From the NCBI GenBank assembly GCA_040954595.2, contig CM082582.2, positions 62,001 to 126,000 of the forward strand: DNA of 64,000 nucleotides, written 5' to 3'. The position numbers and the translations under genes are program-made. The notes beneath the pieces are model-generated. The model did no database searches, was not told the origin of the DNA, and was given only the letters and a program-made list of their open reading frames with translations. Numbering within the stretch: position 1 is the first letter of the stretch; each line of letters begins with the position of its first letter. Positions 63,638 to 64,000 of the stretch are shown here, piece by piece. Origin of the DNA: Balanoglossus misakiensis. Taxonomy: Eukaryota; Animalia; Hemichordata.

Positions 63638-64000
63638 CTGATTAAATAAAATGAGGTTTTTAGTGAAGTATTTGTGATACAGTGTCATTTAAAATAACAA
63701 ATTACTTGAGATGATTCACTTCATAATTCTGAGACAAGTATACAGGCATGTAGAAAATTCTTTGGAGGACATTAAACGTCATTTCTAATCAACCATTTTC
63801 TGAATATCATAAGACTCTGCGAGATCTCACATGGCTAACCGGGTCTCGCAAGATCTCGCACTGAGTTGATAATCTGTTGTAAACACATACATACATACAC
63901 ACACACACACACATAACCCCAGTCGCACTGACTTGAAAATCTGTTGTAAACACATACATGCATACACACACACACCCCTCAGTTTCATCACACAGCAAAC

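Larger units (their letters stand above)
49392..64000. repeat. Tandem macro-repeat unit copy 4 (partial; diverged and structurally different after ~57.6 kb)
   Basis: Colinear at offsets 49401-49414 up to ~57.9 kb, then more substitutions, a 1,384-bp deletion, retained extra exons and private TE insertions. Confidence 0.94.

Noticed and set aside
1-64000. Whole array as a pure assembly artefact
   Set aside because: Copies differ by private microhomology deletions, a templated insertion and TE insertions with empty sites; exact copy number still needs read validation

Overview
AT-rich animal (probably marine invertebrate) genomic DNA; no prokaryotic genes, RNA genes or CRISPR arrays were seen. 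The whole window is a tandem array of a ~16-17 kb unit: the same L2 RT position recurs at 1, 16810, 32361 and 49392. Copies 1-3 and the first half of copy 4 are nearly identical by eye, but each carries private indels. After ~57.6 kb copy 4 switches to a more diverged paralog that keeps sequence deleted in copies 1-3 and carries its own TE insertions. On the + strand each unit has a decayed L2-clade LINE (APE + RT) and a truncated Gypsy LTR element (short LTR, tRNA-Ser PBS, gag, double CCHC, protease). On the - strand it has a decayed exon chain: GCC2/GCC3-like Cys-rich exons, then up to 12 single-domain phase 1-1 exons encoding an unusual 8-cysteine EGF variant with an apparent 7-module super-repeat. 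Between these lie non-autonomous DNA elements (Kolobok-like TTAA MITEs, an AT-TSD MITE, a Mutator-like MITE, a Helentron-associated/HINE-like element). Most listed ORFs are noise. All alignments and translations were done by eye; family assignments rest on motif recognition, not database searches.
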